Below are positions 23,392-32,875 of a stretch of DNA of 64,000 nt, piece by piece; positions within the stretch are counted from its first letter, which is position 1; each line of letters starts with the position of its first letter. Made by a program: the position numbers and the translations under genes. This DNA comes from an uncultured delta proteobacterium (GTDB lineage: Bacteria > Desulfobacterota > Desulfomonilia > UBA1062): the NCBI GenBank assembly GCA_963785235.1, contig CAWAUM010000005.1, positions 128,001-192,000 on the forward strand, written 5' to 3'. Below the pieces are notes generated by a model, which worked only from the letters and a program-made list of their open reading frames with translations, was not told the origin of the DNA and ran no database searches.

Positions 23392-24666
23392 TTAGAATGC
23401 AGCCTTGAAGTTCCTCCCGGCATAGACGGCCTGGGACCCGAGCTCTTCCTCGATGAGCAGGAGGCGGTTGTACTTGGCGGTCCTTTCGCTGCGGACACCT
23501 GCGCCTGTCTTGATCTGTCCGGCATTGATGCCCACCACGAAGTCCGCGATGATGGGGTCCTCGGTCTCTCCCGAACGCTCGGAGACCATGATCCCGAATC
23601 CCTGCCGGTAGGCAAGCTCTGCAGCGTCGAGCGCCTCGGAGAGCGTCCCGATCTGGTTGAACTTCCACAGAAGGGCATTGGCTGCGCCCTTGGGAGCCCG
23701 CTCCCTGATGCGATCCGGGTTCGTGCAGTAGAAATCGTCGCCCACGATCTGGATCCCCAGCTCTTTGGTCGCCCGGGTGAAGCCCTTGATGTCGTCTTCT
23801 GCAAAGGGGTCCTCGATGGATATGATGGGGTAGTCCTTGCAGAGCTTCTTGTAGTAGTCGAAGAGCTGATCCGTGGTGTAATCCACGCCTTCGAGCGTAT
23901 ACTTCTTGGTCTTGGCATTGTACCAGTGCGTGGCCGCGCAGTCGAAGCCGTAGCCGATCTTCTTGGCGTACCCGGAGCGGTCCACCGCCTCCACCAGGCA
24001 CTCCATGGCCTCGCGGACCTTCTTGATGGGCGTGGCGAAGCCGCCTTCGTCACCCACGTTGGCCGCTATCTTGCCGTACTTCTTGATGATGATGTCGCGG
24101 AGCTTGTTGTTGACCGCGTTTCCGATCATCATGGACTCGGAGAATGTCTCGGCGCCAATGGGGTAGATGCAGAACTCCTGAAAGTCGAGGTCGTTCGAGG
24201 TCAGCTTGCCGCCGTTGAGCAGGTTCAGCAGCGGTACTGGCAGTATGTGCGCATTGCAGTTGACGTACCGGTAAAGCGGCAGCTGGACCGCATTGGATGC
24301 GGCGCGCGCCACGGCCACCGAAACGCCTGCGATGGCGTTGGCCCCGAGCTTGGACTTGTCCTTGCTCCCGTCAAGAGCGCGGAGCTTCTCATCCACTTTG
24401 CGCTGATCGGTCACATCCATGCCGATCACGGCGGGCCCGAGGATAGCGTTGATGTTCTTCACTGCCTTGCGCACACCCATGCCGTCGTAGCGCTTCTCCT
24501 TGTCACGGAGCTCCTTGGCCTCGTTGGCCCCTGTTGACTTGCCTGCAGGGACATCGGCCCTGCCCAGTATCTCGTCGTTCACGAGCACGTCCACCTGGAC
24601 CGTCGGATTCCACCTGCAGTCCAGTATCTCCCTGGCAAAGACGTCTGTGATTTTGAACTTTTTCAT
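23392..24666 (-). CDS. eno: Enolase paralog with divergent active site
   Basis: Full-length enolase (GDEGGFA, IEDP, VGDD, KFNQIG, QIKTG, RSERTAKYN) but with NGGKL and SERSGETED variants. Confidence 0.93.
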   Translation of the reverse strand: MKKFKITDVFAREILDCRWNPTVQVDVLVNDEILGRADVPAGKSTGANEAKELRDKEKRYDGMGVRKAVKNINAILGPAVIGMDVTDQRKVDEKLRALDGSKDKSKLGANAIAGVSVAVARAASNAVQLPLYRYVNCNAHILPVPLLNLLNGGKLTSNDLDFQEFCIYPIGAETFSESMMIGNAVNNKLRDIIIKKYGKIAANVGDEGGFATPIKKVREAMECLVEAVDRSGYAKKIGYGFDCAATHWYNAKTKKYTLEGVDYTTDQLFDYYKKLCKDYPIISIEDPFAEDDIKGFTRATKELGIQIVGDDFYCTNPDRIRERAPKGAANALLWKFNQIGTLSEALDAAELAYRQGFGIMVSERSGETEDPIIADFVVGINAGQIKTGAGVRSERTAKYNRLLLIEEELGSQAVYAGRNFKAAF

Positions 24667-24699
24667 GATATTGCCACTCCTTTCGAATTTTTGGATTTA

Positions 24700-26001
24700 T
24701 TATGAAATGGTACTGTCGAGGACAGTTAACGCCCGCTGTGCCTGGGGGAAGAACAGCACCGACGGGTCGGGTTTTGAAACCATGTCGAAGGCCTTCTCGA
24801 GGGCCTTCTGCGGTGATGCAGCGGAGTTCAGGAGCATCTTGTGCAGTATGGCGTCTTCCACGTTCGGCGTAGACACCACGATGCGGACGCCCTTCAAGAG
24901 TATCTTACCCAGCAGAAGGGCGTGATCCATCTGGATCTTATAATCTGCATTCAAGCGCTCTATGACCTCGTTCACGTCATGGGCACCCTCGTAGGGTATC
25001 AGCATGTCCGCCGTGCCGATCCCGTCGTAGCAGGAACTGTACAGGACGAGTACCCCTCCTGAAGCCATGACCGGGGCCAGGGCAATCAGGGGTTTGACGG
25101 ACTGGTAGAAATTGATGTTGAGCGGCCTGCCCGGCGTGGTTACGATGATGTCGGGCCTGGCCTTCAGGGAGATCTGGCAGAAGGACCTCATGAACTCGAC
25201 TGCCGCCAGGTGCGCCTCGATAACGTCGCCGGTGAATATCCCGATGGTTTCGCCTGCCTGATTCAACACCAGGTTGATGGTGAAATGGATCTTCATCATC
25301 CCGGCCGCTTCGATCATGTCGAGATGGATAGGGTTGTTCAGGAGCTGACCGGGACGGGCCTCGGCCGACATGAGCATCTCCGGCCGGTGGTTTATTTCGA
25401 TGGACCTCTCGCTCGCGACCCCCGGGAGCACAGACTTCCTTCCTCCGGAGAATCCTGCGAATTCATGGGGCTCCACCTTTCCCACGGAGATCCTCAGGTC
25501 CGCTTCATGAACGGTCCTGGATACCTCGATGGGTGTGCCGTATGAGGTCTTTCCCAGATACACGAGCTTTCCGGCGTCATACGGGTCATGGCTGATGACC
25601 GTGATCCCGTCCAGGTTCTCTTTGCCCACGATGTCGCTGATCTCGGCATCCGTAGCCGGGCGGTGCACCCCCGTGGCTATGACTACCGTGATGCAGCCTT
25701 TGTCGACCCCGGCACAGGTGAGCTCGTCGAGAATCAGGGGCATGACTTTTGCGGTGGGGACGCCCCGGGTCGAATCGGCGACGATGACGGCAACCCGCTT
25801 GGCACCCCGGGCGATATCACGCAGCAGCGGGGTACCCCTGGGAGATCCGAAGGCACTCCTGAAATCCCCGGGCCAGGAAACCCCGGACGGCTCTTCGAAT
25901 CCGATCAGGCCGAGGCAGCGCTGCCTTTGAGTCGAAATTTCAACGTCCTCGATCCCGTCGTGATAGACGAGATCGGATCCCTGTTCATGGATTCTGTACA
26001 C
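24700..26001 (-). CDS. larA: Nickel-pincer 2-hydroxyacid racemase/epimerase, LarA family
   Basis: DSTR, ATGVHR, PHEFAGFSGGRKS, INH, FYQSVK; GTG start after AGGAGG; symbol denotes the family, substrate unknown. Confidence 0.9.
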   Translation of the reverse strand: MYRIHEQGSDLVYHDGIEDVEISTQRQRCLGLIGFEEPSGVSWPGDFRSAFGSPRGTPLLRDIARGAKRVAVIVADSTRGVPTAKVMPLILDELTCAGVDKGCITVVIATGVHRPATDAEISDIVGKENLDGITVISHDPYDAGKLVYLGKTSYGTPIEVSRTVHEADLRISVGKVEPHEFAGFSGGRKSVLPGVASERSIEINHRPEMLMSAEARPGQLLNNPIHLDMIEAAGMMKIHFTINLVLNQAGETIGIFTGDVIEAHLAAVEFMRSFCQISLKARPDIIVTTPGRPLNINFYQSVKPLIALAPVMASGGVLVLYSSCYDGIGTADMLIPYEGAHDVNEVIERLNADYKIQMDHALLLGKILLKGVRIVVSTPNVEDAILHKMLLNSAASPQKALEKAFDMVSKPDPSVLFFPQAQRALTVLDSTIS

Positions 26002-26011
26002 GAGAGGCCTC

Positions 26012-26536
26012 CTATTCCCTGAGCTCCGCATGGTTTGCGTTCAGAGGGGGCAGGCCTTTTAGGTCCCGGATGATATGCATGATACCGTAGATGGTCATGA
26101 GGAAGAAGCTGAGCGGAATGGCCGCATAGGGCAGTGCCGTGGAGATGCCCAGCGCCGGGGTGACCTGCTCCCATGTCTCATTCACCAGGATGGCCCCTGC
26201 CACCGTTACGATACCAACGGTAACGGTCGCCAGGTAGATGACCATCCGCTCCAGGAACTTCTGCAGCCCCTTGGGCATCATCTCCCGGAAGATGGTGATG
26301 CCCAGGTGCCCGTTGCGCTTGTGCAGTATGCTTGCGCTGAGCAAGGCAAACCAGACGATGGTGAAACGCAGGAATTCCTCCGACCAGGTCAGCGCACTGT
26401 TGAAGACATACCGCCTGATCACATGCATCCAGGCGACCATGAGCATGACTGCGCAGATGACCATGGTGACGTCGAGCGTTGCCTTTTCGACCAAGTCACA
26501 GAACCGTTCCAGCCTTGATTTTTCCATTTCAGCCAC
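26012..26536 (-). CDS. dctQ: TRAP transporter small permease
   Basis: VIRRYVFN..LTWSEEFLR, HLGI, four TM segments. Confidence 0.92.
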   Translation of the reverse strand: MAEMEKSRLERFCDLVEKATLDVTMVICAVMLMVAWMHVIRRYVFNSALTWSEEFLRFTIVWFALLSASILHKRNGHLGITIFREMMPKGLQKFLERMVIYLATVTVGIVTVAGAILVNETWEQVTPALGISTALPYAAIPLSFFLMTIYGIMHIIRDLKGLPPLNANHAELRE

Positions 26537-26594
26537 TCCTTTGAATCACTCTTCCCGGCTTTGTATTGCGCTTCCGGATCGGTGCAATTCAATC

Positions 26595-26634
26595 AAAGGG
26601 GCGGGGCTGCCTTTCGTGCAGACCCCGTCCCTTT
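26595..26634 (-). other. Intergenic stem-loop after dctP
   Basis: AAAGGGGCGGGGCTGC...GCAGACCCCGTCCCTTT imperfect inverted repeat between dctP and dctQ. Confidence 0.5.
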
Positions 26635-26642
26635 CTCACGGA

Positions 26643-27674
26643 TTAGAAGCCGGCATTCACGTCCTTGTTAACGGCGGTAATCGCTGCGAGCCACTGATCC
26701 ACGAAATTTTTGTCCGTGCTCGCCTTGATCTTCGCCACCACGGCACCCTGGGACTTGAGTCTCATCTTCTCCTTGTTGGCAGGGGTGACGTCGTTCACCT
26801 TCATGCCCTTGGTCCGCAGCTTGTCGATGATGGCATCCTCACGGGCCCTGTTGATGAACCGGCTGTAATTCTGAGCAAGGACAGCTCCCTGCAAAATGAC
26901 TGCCTGCTGATCCTTGGGGAGCTTGTTGAACCAGGTAAGATTCGCCACCAGGGGCATGGGGTCATAGATATGGCCGGTCAGCGAGGTGAACTTCTGCACC
27001 TCGAACATCTTGACTTCCCAGATGTTGGCCAGGGGGTTTTCCTGTCCGTCAACGACCTTCTGCTGCATGGTCAGGTAGAGCTCGGTCCATGGGACAGGAG
27101 TCGGGTTGGCGCCCAGCGTCTTGAAGTTCTCCATGTGCATGGGGGCTTCCATGGTGCGGATCTTGATTCCCTTCAGGTCATCGGGGCCGTTGATGGGGCG
27201 CACATTGTTCGTCACATGACGGAACCCGTTTTCCAGGTAGGCCAGGCCCTTGAGCCCGATGCCTTCACTGGAGTTGAGCAGGTTCTGCCCCGTGGGGCCG
27301 TCGAGCACAGCCCAGGCGACATCGTAGCTGTCAAAGGCAAAGGGGATGTCCAGGACCATGAACTTCTTGTTGAAGGTCGTGAGAGGTCCTGCTGAGGCAG
27401 TGGCCATCTCCAGCGAACCGGCTTTCACCTGCTCCACCGATTCCCGCTCTCCGCCGAGCTGGGAGTTGTAGTACAGCCCGACCGAAATCGCGCCTTTGGT
27501 CTTGTCCTCCACATACTTCTTGAATACCTGCATGCCTATGGACTGCGGATGTGACGGGGCGTTGCAGAGGGATACCCTGATCTTCTTGGGTGAAGCGGCG
27601 AAGAGCATCCCGGAGAAAAGGAATGAGACTGCCACAGCCAGAACCACCATAGTGAACCATTGAGACTTCTTCAT
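26643..27674 (-). CDS. dctP: TRAP transporter solute-binding protein
   Basis: Signal peptide; QLGGERE, ENGFRH, DLKGIKIRT (carboxylate-binding Arg), VDGQENP. Confidence 0.95.
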   Translation of the reverse strand: MKKSQWFTMVVLAVAVSFLFSGMLFAASPKKIRVSLCNAPSHPQSIGMQVFKKYVEDKTKGAISVGLYYNSQLGGERESVEQVKAGSLEMATASAGPLTTFNKKFMVLDIPFAFDSYDVAWAVLDGPTGQNLLNSSEGIGLKGLAYLENGFRHVTNNVRPINGPDDLKGIKIRTMEAPMHMENFKTLGANPTPVPWTELYLTMQQKVVDGQENPLANIWEVKMFEVQKFTSLTGHIYDPMPLVANLTWFNKLPKDQQAVILQGAVLAQNYSRFINRAREDAIIDKLRTKGMKVNDVTPANKEKMRLKSQGAVVAKIKASTDKNFVDQWLAAITAVNKDVNAGF

Positions 27675-27755
27675 AAGCTTACCTCCGTGATAATTTTTTT
27701 GGCTTGCATAGTTGAGTCTGCGTTTTCCAATGTATTGTTCTCCAAAAACCGCCGC

Positions 27756-29036
27756 CTAATATCCGAACATGCGCGGCAGCCACAACGTGAGGGGCGGGAA
27801 GTAGGTCAGCAGGAACAGCACGGCCATGCTGGCCACGAGCATGGGCCAGCTCCCCTTGAAGGTGTCCTCCACCGATACCCCGGCCATGGGGCTCGTGACG
27901 AACAGGACAATCCCGAAAGGTGGCGTAGCCAGGCCGATGACCAAATTGACGCAGATGATGACGCCGATCTGGAGCGGGTCCACACCCAGGGCCCAGGCGA
28001 TGGGAGCCAGGATCGGGCCCAGCACGATGACCGAGGCGTAGTCGTCCATGAACATGCCGTTGATCAGAAGGCCGATGTTCAACAGAAGGAGAAAGCCCCA
28101 CAGCGGGAAGTTCGCGAGCGAGGCGGCCAGGATGTCGACGACCTGCTCGTTGGCGATGGCCCAGGCCGTCACCGTGGCGCTCCCGGCAAGCAGGATGACA
28201 AGGCCCGAGGTGACCGCCGTCTCCATGAAAATGGCGGGAAGATCGCGCCACTTCACATCTTTGGCAAAGAACATGGAGATGACGAAGGCATACGCCGCAG
28301 CGGCCGCCGAGGCCTCGGTCACGGTGAAGATGCCCCCGAAGATGCCGCCCAGGATGATGACCGGCAGGAACAGGGCGGGCAGAGCCTTCTTTAACTGCCT
28401 GCCCCGCTCAGGCCAGGCGACCCGTTCGTGCCTGGCCAGCTTGTCCCGCCTGGCGATGAAATATATCACCAGCATCTGGGCCACCGCGATGAGAACGGCC
28501 GGGATGATGGAGGCAAGGAAGATCCCGGCAATGGAAGTACGTCCCACCGAGATGCAGTAGAGGATCATGAGCACGCTGGGCGGCATGATGGGCCCCAGCA
28601 GCGAGGCGCTTGCCATGACGCCCGAGGCGAACGCCGGCTTGTACCCATCCTTCTTCATCATGGGGATGAGGAAGGAACCCAGAGAGGCTGTCTCGGCCAC
28701 GGCCAGGCCCACGATGGCACCCATGAACAAACACGTGCCCACCGTCACCAGGGCCAGCGCCCCCCGTACGTGCCCCACAAAGGCGTTCACGAAATCCGTC
28801 AGGTCCCTCAGAATTCTCCCCTTGGCCATGAGCTGTCCTGTCAGGATGAAGAAGGGGACGGCGAGCAGCGCGAACCCGTTCATGCCCTGGAACATCCGCT
28901 GGGGGATCAGGGTGAGCGGGTAGCCGCCGACCAGGAGGTAGATGAACGAGCTGAAGATCAGATTTAACGCAATGGGAAACCCGATGATGAGCAGAAAGAC
29001 GAAGCAGATGATCAGGGCTAGCAGGGCCGTGGACAT
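27756..29036 (-). CDS. dctM: TRAP transporter large permease
   Basis: LLAVPFFILTG, IMPPS, GGIFTVTE, TPPFG; highly hydrophobic 426 aa. Confidence 0.95.
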   Translation of the reverse strand: MSTALLALIICFVFLLIIGFPIALNLIFSSFIYLLVGGYPLTLIPQRMFQGMNGFALLAVPFFILTGQLMAKGRILRDLTDFVNAFVGHVRGALALVTVGTCLFMGAIVGLAVAETASLGSFLIPMMKKDGYKPAFASGVMASASLLGPIMPPSVLMILYCISVGRTSIAGIFLASIIPAVLIAVAQMLVIYFIARRDKLARHERVAWPERGRQLKKALPALFLPVIILGGIFGGIFTVTEASAAAAAYAFVISMFFAKDVKWRDLPAIFMETAVTSGLVILLAGSATVTAWAIANEQVVDILAASLANFPLWGFLLLLNIGLLINGMFMDDYASVIVLGPILAPIAWALGVDPLQIGVIICVNLVIGLATPPFGIVLFVTSPMAGVSVEDTFKGSWPMLVASMAVLFLLTYFPPLTLWLPRMFGY

Positions 29037-29218
29037 AGCCTAAACCTCCTTCAGAAACCAGGCTCTCTTCCGTTTCAGAAAATCCGTTGAACTGGGCTGT
29101 ACCGGTGGTAATCCGACGATGACCTCATTTTCTCCGCAGCCGAGAGGGAAAGCCTCACTCCTAACATGTAATAATAATCTCTCGAATTTAATATGCAATG
29201 GACAAGACGGTTGCATGA

Positions 29219-29998
29219 TCATGCACGTCCCCCTGCATCTCTCTCGGAGCGCCCCAGCAACAGGGAGATCTCCGCTGCGGCATCCAGCGCCGCCTGGATG
29301 TTCTTCTTTTTCTGTTCGTCCGAGAGACGGAAGATGGGCCCGCTGATGGTGAGGCTCGCCACGATTTTCCCCTTTTTCCCCAGGACCGGCGCCACCAGTG
29401 AATAGCTCCCCGGCTCCCGCTCTTCCAGGCTGACCGCATACCCGTCATGGCGGATCTTCTCCAGGTCCGCCTCCAGCTCCTCCGGGTCGGTGATGGTGCT
29501 CGCCGTGAACGTTTCCAGGGGCTTCCCGAAGATGATACCCCGCCGGATTTTTTCAGGGAGATACGCAAGGAGCACCTTGCCCGAAGCACCGCAATGAAGC
29601 GGAAAAACCTTTCCAACCTGAGTCACCTTGGCAACACCGTGGTGACTCTTTACTGCCTCGATGCAGATCCGGGTGCCTTCACCGGGTACATAGAGGGAGA
29701 CTTCTTCGCCACAGAGGTCCCTGAGTCTCTCCATTACCGGCCGCGCCAGATCAGTGAGGGTTGTCTCCTGAGAGATGATGCTTTTCCACTGATGGAATTT
29801 GATGCCCAGCCGGTATTTGCCCCCGGGTGTTTCACGCTCCAGGCACTTCTTCTTTTCCAGTGTGGCCAGGATACGGGAGACCGTGCTCTGGTTGAAACCT
29901 GTGATGATGCTTATCTCCGTGACGTTGAGTGAGGGGGTTTCCACCGTGAAGCAGGAGAGGATGTCAACGGCCTTCTCGACGGATTTGATGTTCGTCAC
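29219..29998 (-). CDS. IclR family transcriptional regulator
   Basis: SVEKAVDIL and STVSRILATL HTH; PLHCGASGKVLLA, IRHDGYA, SLTISGP. Confidence 0.95.
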   Translation of the reverse strand: MTNIKSVEKAVDILSCFTVETPSLNVTEISIITGFNQSTVSRILATLEKKKCLERETPGGKYRLGIKFHQWKSIISQETTLTDLARPVMERLRDLCGEEVSLYVPGEGTRICIEAVKSHHGVAKVTQVGKVFPLHCGASGKVLLAYLPEKIRRGIIFGKPLETFTASTITDPEELEADLEKIRHDGYAVSLEEREPGSYSLVAPVLGKKGKIVASLTISGPIFRLSDEQKKKNIQAALDAAAEISLLLGRSERDAGGRA

Positions 29999-30009
29999 CG
30001 CATCTCCTT

Positions 30010-30072
30010 ATGCACATATGTGATATGACCATGCACATCATGCATATTGCACAATCGTTTTATTGTTGTCAA
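30010..30072 (-). promoter_or_regulatory. Putative sigma70 promoter with repeated operator-like sites for iclR
   Basis: TTGACA (30072-30067), 17-nt spacer, CAATAT; two ATGCACAT-N5-ATAT repeats at 30010 and 30031. Confidence 0.5.
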
Positions 30073-30147
30073 CATATTTTTACAGTACATGAATAATCCT
30101 GGATTCCCCTCCACCCGGAGGCTGGTTTCTGGTAAGAGAAGAGGAGT

Positions 30148-31134
30148 ATGGAGTACGAAATCATCGCAACCCTGGGGCCCGAGAGCAGTACAGAGCCGCT
30201 CTGGCTCAGCCTCATCTCTGCAGGAGCCTCCTCGTTCCGGCTGAATACTTCCCACCTCTCCCTTGAGCAGATCGAACACTGGCTTTACAGGCTCCTTCCT
30301 TTCCTGAAAGGGCAAGGTCTTTTTAACCGCCTCGTTCTTGACCTTCAGGGGAGCAAGTGGCGCCTCGGAGATTTTGCCCAATTCTTCATGGAGCCAGGCC
30401 AGCTTGTCGAGCTTGTATGCGCCTCGTCGGCCAAGAGTGCCGGCATAGTGCCGGTCCCGCACCAGGACTTTTTCCAGGCCGTCCTCTCCTCCGACGGGAC
30501 CATCGTGCTGAACGATGCCAGGATCGTCCTGGCTGTGGAAAAGGCTGACGCCCTCACCTTACAGGCACGCGTAGTCAGCGGTGGAGAGATCTCTTCGCGC
30601 AAAGGAATCACCTGCTCCTCGACAAGTTTCCGCAGAGAATCTCTGGGCGACAAGGACGTTGCAATACTCAATCTCACAAAGGGCATGGATGGTGTCTGCT
30701 ATGCCGTATCCTATGTGAAGGATGCACAGGAGATGGCCTGGTATCGGACCAGGACCGGCGATCAGACATATGTGATCGCCAAGCTCGAACGCAAAGATGC
30801 CCTCGAAGGGGTGGAGGGGATCGCGATGTTCTCGGACGAGCTGTGGCTCTGCAGGGGTGATCTTGGTGCAGAGATGGGGCTGGTAGCCATGGCCGAGGCG
30901 GTCCACCGGTTCTCCCACAGGGTGCGCTCCATGTCCAAGCCCGTACTTCTGGCTGGGCAGGTTCTGGAGCACATGACAACATGTCCGATCTCAACCCGTT
31001 CCGAGGTGTGCTGTCTGCATGATGCCCTGGCTAAGGGATACAAGGGCATAGTCCTCTCCGACGAGACTGCTATAGGCAAATATCCAGTCGAAAGCTGCCA
31101 TACGGCGGCCATGTTCAAGACAAGCGCTCCCTAA
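30148..31134 (+). CDS. pyk: Pyruvate kinase family protein, short and divergent
   Basis: IIATLGP, FRLNTSH, DLQGSK, IAKLE, RGDLG, LSDETAIGKYP; 328 aa, ending before the usual C-terminal domain. Confidence 0.88.
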   Translation: MEYEIIATLGPESSTEPLWLSLISAGASSFRLNTSHLSLEQIEHWLYRLLPFLKGQGLFNRLVLDLQGSKWRLGDFAQFFMEPGQLVELVCASSAKSAGIVPVPHQDFFQAVLSSDGTIVLNDARIVLAVEKADALTLQARVVSGGEISSRKGITCSSTSFRRESLGDKDVAILNLTKGMDGVCYAVSYVKDAQEMAWYRTRTGDQTYVIAKLERKDALEGVEGIAMFSDELWLCRGDLGAEMGLVAMAEAVHRFSHRVRSMSKPVLLAGQVLEHMTTCPISTRSEVCCLHDALAKGYKGIVLSDETAIGKYPVESCHTAAMFKTSAP

Positions 31135-31328
31135 AAACCGGGTTTTGAAGGTTGCAGAAGTATTCATTACTAGAAAGCCTGTCCTATGGTTAGAAAACAT
31201 TCAGTAATCAGAAACCATTGCCCCCGGCATACGTGATCTATGGTTCAAGTATCTTGGCCTTGCATTCAATATAATGATATACAGCAAAGGCGCAGTATAA
31301 AAAAATGAGACACTTATAGGAGAAATAA

Positions 31329-32036
31329 TTGTCTGATCCGACTATAGGCATCCTCGCAGGAATGGGGCCTCGGTCGACGGGTTCCTTTCTCGACTTGGTA
31401 GTTACAGCTTGCCAGGACTTGTATGGGGCGCATCATGACATCGACTTTCCCAGGATGCTGATCTGCTCACAGCCTGCACCGTTCTATGAGGATCGTCCCA
31501 TCGACCATGCTGCGCTTGAGGCTGCAACACTCAATGGTCTGAAGTACTTGGAGTCAGCGGGTGTTGATTTCCTCGCAATGGCGTGTAACACAGTGCACAT
31601 TTATTACCATCGGCTCGCCGCTTCGGTTTCTGTTCCCTTGCTCAATATTGTTGATTCGGCCGTACACGCAGTGCCTAGAACGACTGGGCCAGTCGCCCTT
31701 GTAGCCACGCGGCCAACCGTTGCATCATACATCTTTCAGAGTGCGCTGCAGGCCGCAGGCCATAGCTGCGTCGAATTGGATTGGCAAGAACAGGTTGACG
31801 CCATGCTTTCGGGCGTACGCGAATCAAGCGATCCCGCGTTCTTTCGTCGCCAATGGGCACTTATCCTCGAGAAGGCTTACGCGGCGAAAGTCGGGGCTGT
31901 TTTGGTCGCCTGCCTCGACCTCAGTGGAGTCTTACGCTTCGCTGAAACTAAATTGACTGTCGTTGATGCCGCAGAGTGTTTGGCGCAGGCCTTAGTGAAT
32001 CAGTGGTTGTCCATGCGCACGATTACCATGGACTGA
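31329..32036 (+). CDS. Aspartate/glutamate racemase family protein
   Basis: IGILAGMGPRST, MACNTVH, second Cys in VACLDLS; TTG start after AGGAG. Confidence 0.88.
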   Translation: MSDPTIGILAGMGPRSTGSFLDLVVTACQDLYGAHHDIDFPRMLICSQPAPFYEDRPIDHAALEAATLNGLKYLESAGVDFLAMACNTVHIYYHRLAASVSVPLLNIVDSAVHAVPRTTGPVALVATRPTVASYIFQSALQAAGHSCVELDWQEQVDAMLSGVRESSDPAFFRRQWALILEKAYAAKVGAVLVACLDLSGVLRFAETKLTVVDAAECLAQALVNQWLSMRTITMD

Positions 32037-32287
32037 GGCGCTTTGAAACAGCATCGGTATGCCTGCTCAATATGCTCAAGCGCAGCAGGTGGCTAACCCT
32101 TTCATGGCTGATTCCTGCGATAGTATGTTTGAACAGCAAGGCATCAGCTTTAAGCCATTCTAAAACCACTACCAAGGTTACTCACGCGAAAAGCCGACAA
32201 ATGAACTGGGTCAAGGCTTTAAGTTAGAAGAATCATTTTCCGATAGTATTTGTATAAAATATCAATTGGATTACTTTTGGGGGGCTT

Positions 32288-32593
32288 ATGGATTTAATAT
32301 CAGAGGTAAGTGGAGATACTCATTTTATTAAAGTCATCGGTGCCGTTGACACTATTGCAGCAGAAAGCCTCAGATCCGATCTCAAAAAGATCATTCTTCA
32401 AAAACCTCAGAAAGTAGTACTGGACCTTTCTATGGTACCGACTATGGGATCGTCAGGCATAGGGAAGATACTGATGTTCTTTAAAAGCCTTAAGGATCGC
32501 AATTCTATTTTTGAAGTTAAAGGAATTCATGAAAATCTTTACTCATTTTTCAAGGTAATAAAGCTGGACAAACTTTTTCCCATTTCTCAATAG
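32288..32593 (+). CDS. STAS domain anti-sigma-factor antagonist
   Basis: VVLDLSMVPTMGSSGIG, KLDKLFPI; 101 aa. Confidence 0.88.
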   Translation: MDLISEVSGDTHFIKVIGAVDTIAAESLRSDLKKIILQKPQKVVLDLSMVPTMGSSGIGKILMFFKSLKDRNSIFEVKGIHENLYSFFKVIKLDKLFPISQ

Positions 32594-32875
32594 GCTGCCC
32601 ACAGCAAGAGAAATATATAAATCCGAAGTGTAGCGTTCGCACCAATAACACACTCTAATATGGGGCGCCCTGCAGCATAGGTTTCAAACTAAAATCAGTT
32701 TTCTGCCATCCTAAAACAAAGATGGAATCCCGGTTATATGAACTCTGATATGGATTTGATTTACATCTCATGATATAAAGATGAGTGGTTATACAGCTGT
32801 GATCCTACATCAAAAAATCACTGATCACATTCAATGAGAATGCTGATGTAATTCGATTTATTTTAAGGAGAAGAA

